Source of the DNA: Raillietiella orientalis
Lineage: Eukaryota
Length of the DNA stretch: 64,000 nucleotides
Reading direction: 5' to 3'
Assembly: GCA_036172245.1 (NCBI GenBank)
Contig: JAYWIR010000019.1
Location: 1,798,001-1,862,000 of the forward strand
The translations under genes and the position numbers were made by a program. Positions 61,201 to 64,000 of the stretch are shown here, piece by piece; the first letter of the stretch is position 1; each line of letters starts with the position of its first letter. Under the pieces are notes generated by a model that searched no databases, had not been told where the DNA came from, and saw only the letters and a program-made list of their open reading frames with translations.

Positions 61201-61849
61201 GCTTCTTCCTCCTGCTGAGGAAGCGGAAGAGGTGGGGAAAGAAGGGAAGGGGGGAGCAAACCAGCCCGTTCGCGCGCGCGCGCGCGCTCTCTCGCATCTC
61301 CCCACGCGCGTCCGTCGTGTCGATGCAGTTCGGGGAGGGACCTTTCGCCTCAGCGAGCGGATTCCACGCACGTGGGAGCGCGTGGAATCTCAGCTCGCAC
61401 AGGGCTCGACAGTTCCTGTGTGCGAGGAGGAGGAGGAGGAGGGGGGGGGGGGGCGTTTGATGGGCGCGTTCGCGAGTGGCTTGCGCGTTGTTTAAATCAC
61501 CGCTGCTCAATGGGGTTGGTTTCCTGCAGCCCCGTGCGAGCTCACGTTCTTATCGCAACCGACGGCGCACAACTCGTACGCGGTGTGACTCTGAGGTGAC
61601 GTCACTCTTCGAGGACTGTTCCTGAACCTCAGCTTCCGCCGCAAGGCGGCAACCGGGTCCCTCGCCCTCCTCTTCGAGCGAAAGGCCCGAGCTCTCGCTC
61701 CCCCTCACACACGCCCAGGGAAGCGAGAGCACCAATTGGAGGTAGTTCGGCCTCACACGACCCCTCTCCTCCCCCTTCTCCGATCTCCCCCTTCTCTTCG
61801 CACGGTGTTCCCGGGCACGCACGATCGATTCGGCTGATCAGTCAACCAA

Positions 61850-62600
61850 ATTTCGAACGGCTTCTTCTTCGGCAGAGGACTGCCGGGGGCAGGAGGGGAC
61901 TTTCGCGTCGGAGGGCGCGGAGGTGGCCCAAAGCGGGCGCCGCCACCTGCCCGCCTTTCTTCCTTCTTTGTCCCCCCCCCCTCCTTCCCCACGAAAATCA
62001 GTGGACCAGGGACGAATGGTCTCCAAATTCGCGGGTACAGCCCGGAAAATTGGGGGAGGCGAACAGGAGATCGCCGCTGCTCCCTCCCCGCACCCACCCA
62101 CCCACTTCCCTCCGAAGGCAGGGAAGAAGAAAGGGGGGAGTAGCGCTGTCAGAGTAGGAAAGGGTGGATGCGGGTCTGCAGACTGCCGGAGCATTCGCTG
62201 CCGCCAGGGGACCGCGGCAGGATCTTTTTCCTCTTGCTCCCTCTCCCGCCTGCTTCCTAGCCCCACGACCTCCCGGAAATGGGAGTGGGGGGCTGGCGGG
62301 CTGCAAGCCGTGTGCTCAGGAGAGCTTTCGGTGGTCCTATCCAGGATGGGTGGGAGTCGATTTCCCCCGGAACCTTCCCGGGTCCCTCGCAGCTCCCATG
62401 CGCGAGGGAAGGAGCTCCTGCCGGCAGTCATCTGGGTCTTCTGGGAGGAGGGCAGCGGGGGAACCGCCGCCTCCGCGGGAAGCACTGCTCACCTGCCGCC
62501 GTCGCTTCCGGTCAGGAGCGGCAGAAGATGGCGGGAGGGACGGAAAGCACCAGGACCGATGCGGCGACCTTCCTCCTCGCATTTCGAGCCGCCTCCACTA
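61850..62600 (-). mobile_element. BEL/Pao pre-integrase fragment
   Basis: SSFPRAWEL...GNRLPPILDRT (~Q...F..E...L......L.P.LD). Confidence 0.3.
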
Positions 62601-64000
62601 CCCAGAGGTGCGGAAAAGATGAGGGGGGGGGGGGAAGAGGTCACCTTGCCTACCCGGGCGCCGCCGGCCTCGTCTGCCCCTCCCCGAGGACGGCCTGGCA
62701 GGGAGCGCAGACTCCCACCACGCGCTCTTCCCTATTGGAGAACCTTTTCGCGGCGCTTTATCCGGAGGGACTGGGAAGAAGGGGATTTGTCCCGTCTGCC
62801 ATACTCCTCGCCGAGAGCACGCCAGTCTTGCTGTTCCTCCTCCGCCCCCTCACCCCCTCCTCCCTTCTCTCTCTTCACAACAGCAAGGTGCCGAGGGCTT
62901 AGCGCCGCAGCCAAGCTCCGTTCCACCCCTCCTCCAGACGGTCAGACTTGCTTGCTCTCCCTGCGAGCCCTGCTGGGTTGTCGTCGCAGCCTCAGGCGGC
63001 TGGGTCACAGGCCAACTTCTTCCCTTTCTCTCCCCCTCTTCACTGACCGATTTGCTCCTCGCTCTCCTCGCTCGCCCTGCAGGCTGTTTCGCAGTATGGG
63101 CGGTGCTATAGCATGCAAAGTGAGCACAGGACGGGCTGCCTGGAAAGAGGGAGGGGAGGAGGGGGTGGCTCTTTGTGGCTCCCCTTTTCGGAGAAGGGGA
63201 GAGACGGTGTAAGCAGCAGGGTGGGCGCTCTCGCAATGGGTCGCCCCCTCGCGGGAGCGCGCGCGCGCCGCCACGCCGAGCGGCTGCTGCCGGTGTCGCG
63301 GCAGCGGCTGCCTTCCCTCGCGGGAATAACCTCCTGCGTCCCTCCCTTCCCAGTCCTCCTCCTCCTCTTCCTCCTCCCCCACTTCGAAGTTTCCTTCCCC
63401 CGCTGCTGCCGCAGCCGCCGCCGCCGCTTGCTGCTGCTTCTGTTGCTGCTGCTGCAGCCGCCGCCGCCGCCCGTCCCGTTTCTCCCGTGAGGTCATCGCG
63501 ACACGCCGAATCGATACGAAAGCGGGCGGGCGGGCGGCGCGCCCCGATTGGCTGAGTGGACAGCACGAGCGCGAGCGGCGCGCGCCGCAGCCGCCGCCGC
63601 GCTGACCGCCGGTTCCTCCGCCGCGGAGGGAGGATGGGAAGCGAGGAAGAAGAGCCCGCCGCCGCCGCCGCAGCAGCAGCAGCCATCCTCCGCTCCGCGA
63701 GTGCACTCGGCGAGCAGGGGAGAAAGGGAAGGGAGGAAGAGACTTCCTGGAGCGAGTGCCCCTGACGGACGCCCTGCGAGAATGGCCGGCGAAGTCGCGC
63801 GGGACCGCCGCCCCCGGTGACCGACGATTGCGGCAGCGCCCAAGATGATCCTTGCGTGTTTCCAAGGTAAACCCGCGGGGCAGAGGGACGGGGGGAAGGA
63901 GAAGGGAAGGGGGCGGGGAACGTACACTCCCTCCTCCCCCTTCTCCCTCTCCTCCTTGTGCCCTCGCGCGTCGCCTCGTCGCGGGCGAGAAAAGCGGCGA

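Noticed and set aside
23300..64000. Hundreds of long overlapping ORFs (up to 499 aa)
   Set aside because: R/G/P/S/A-rich, present in all six frames, cross homopolymers and show no intact domain; expected from stop-codon scarcity at high GC.

Overview
Eukaryotic (animal, probably arthropod; taxon inferred from the macoilin sequence only) genomic DNA with two sharply different compartments. About 1-23,200 is AT-rich and holds spliced housekeeping genes: TANGO2 (+, 5 exons), a candidate C18orf21/RMP24-like two-CxxC zinc-ribbon gene (-), a frameshifted intronless POLE4-like histone-fold pseudogene and macoilin/MACO1 (+, 11 exons). Most introns are only 32-49 nt. From about 23,300 to the end, GC and CpG content rise steeply (roughly 60-70% by eye), with many G/C homopolymers and (CG)n runs. 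The hundreds of ORFs there are almost all shadow ORFs. Reading across frameshifts, much of this domain resolves into a pile of heavily decayed BEL/Pao LTR-retrotransposon gag/pol relics in both orientations; one of them (~37.3-44.45 kb) keeps the full domain order. The same family is also found, AT-drifted, between and inside the housekeeping genes. A local inverted duplication shows CpG loss specifically in the copy inside a MACO1 intron. Two phase-compatible candidate exons at 54.3 and 55.9 kb may start an unidentified gene. All homology calls are by-eye motif recognition from memory, not database results, and relic boundaries are approximate. No CRISPR, rRNA, tRNA or recognisable miRNA was found, and I cannot support a clear novel protein-coding system.
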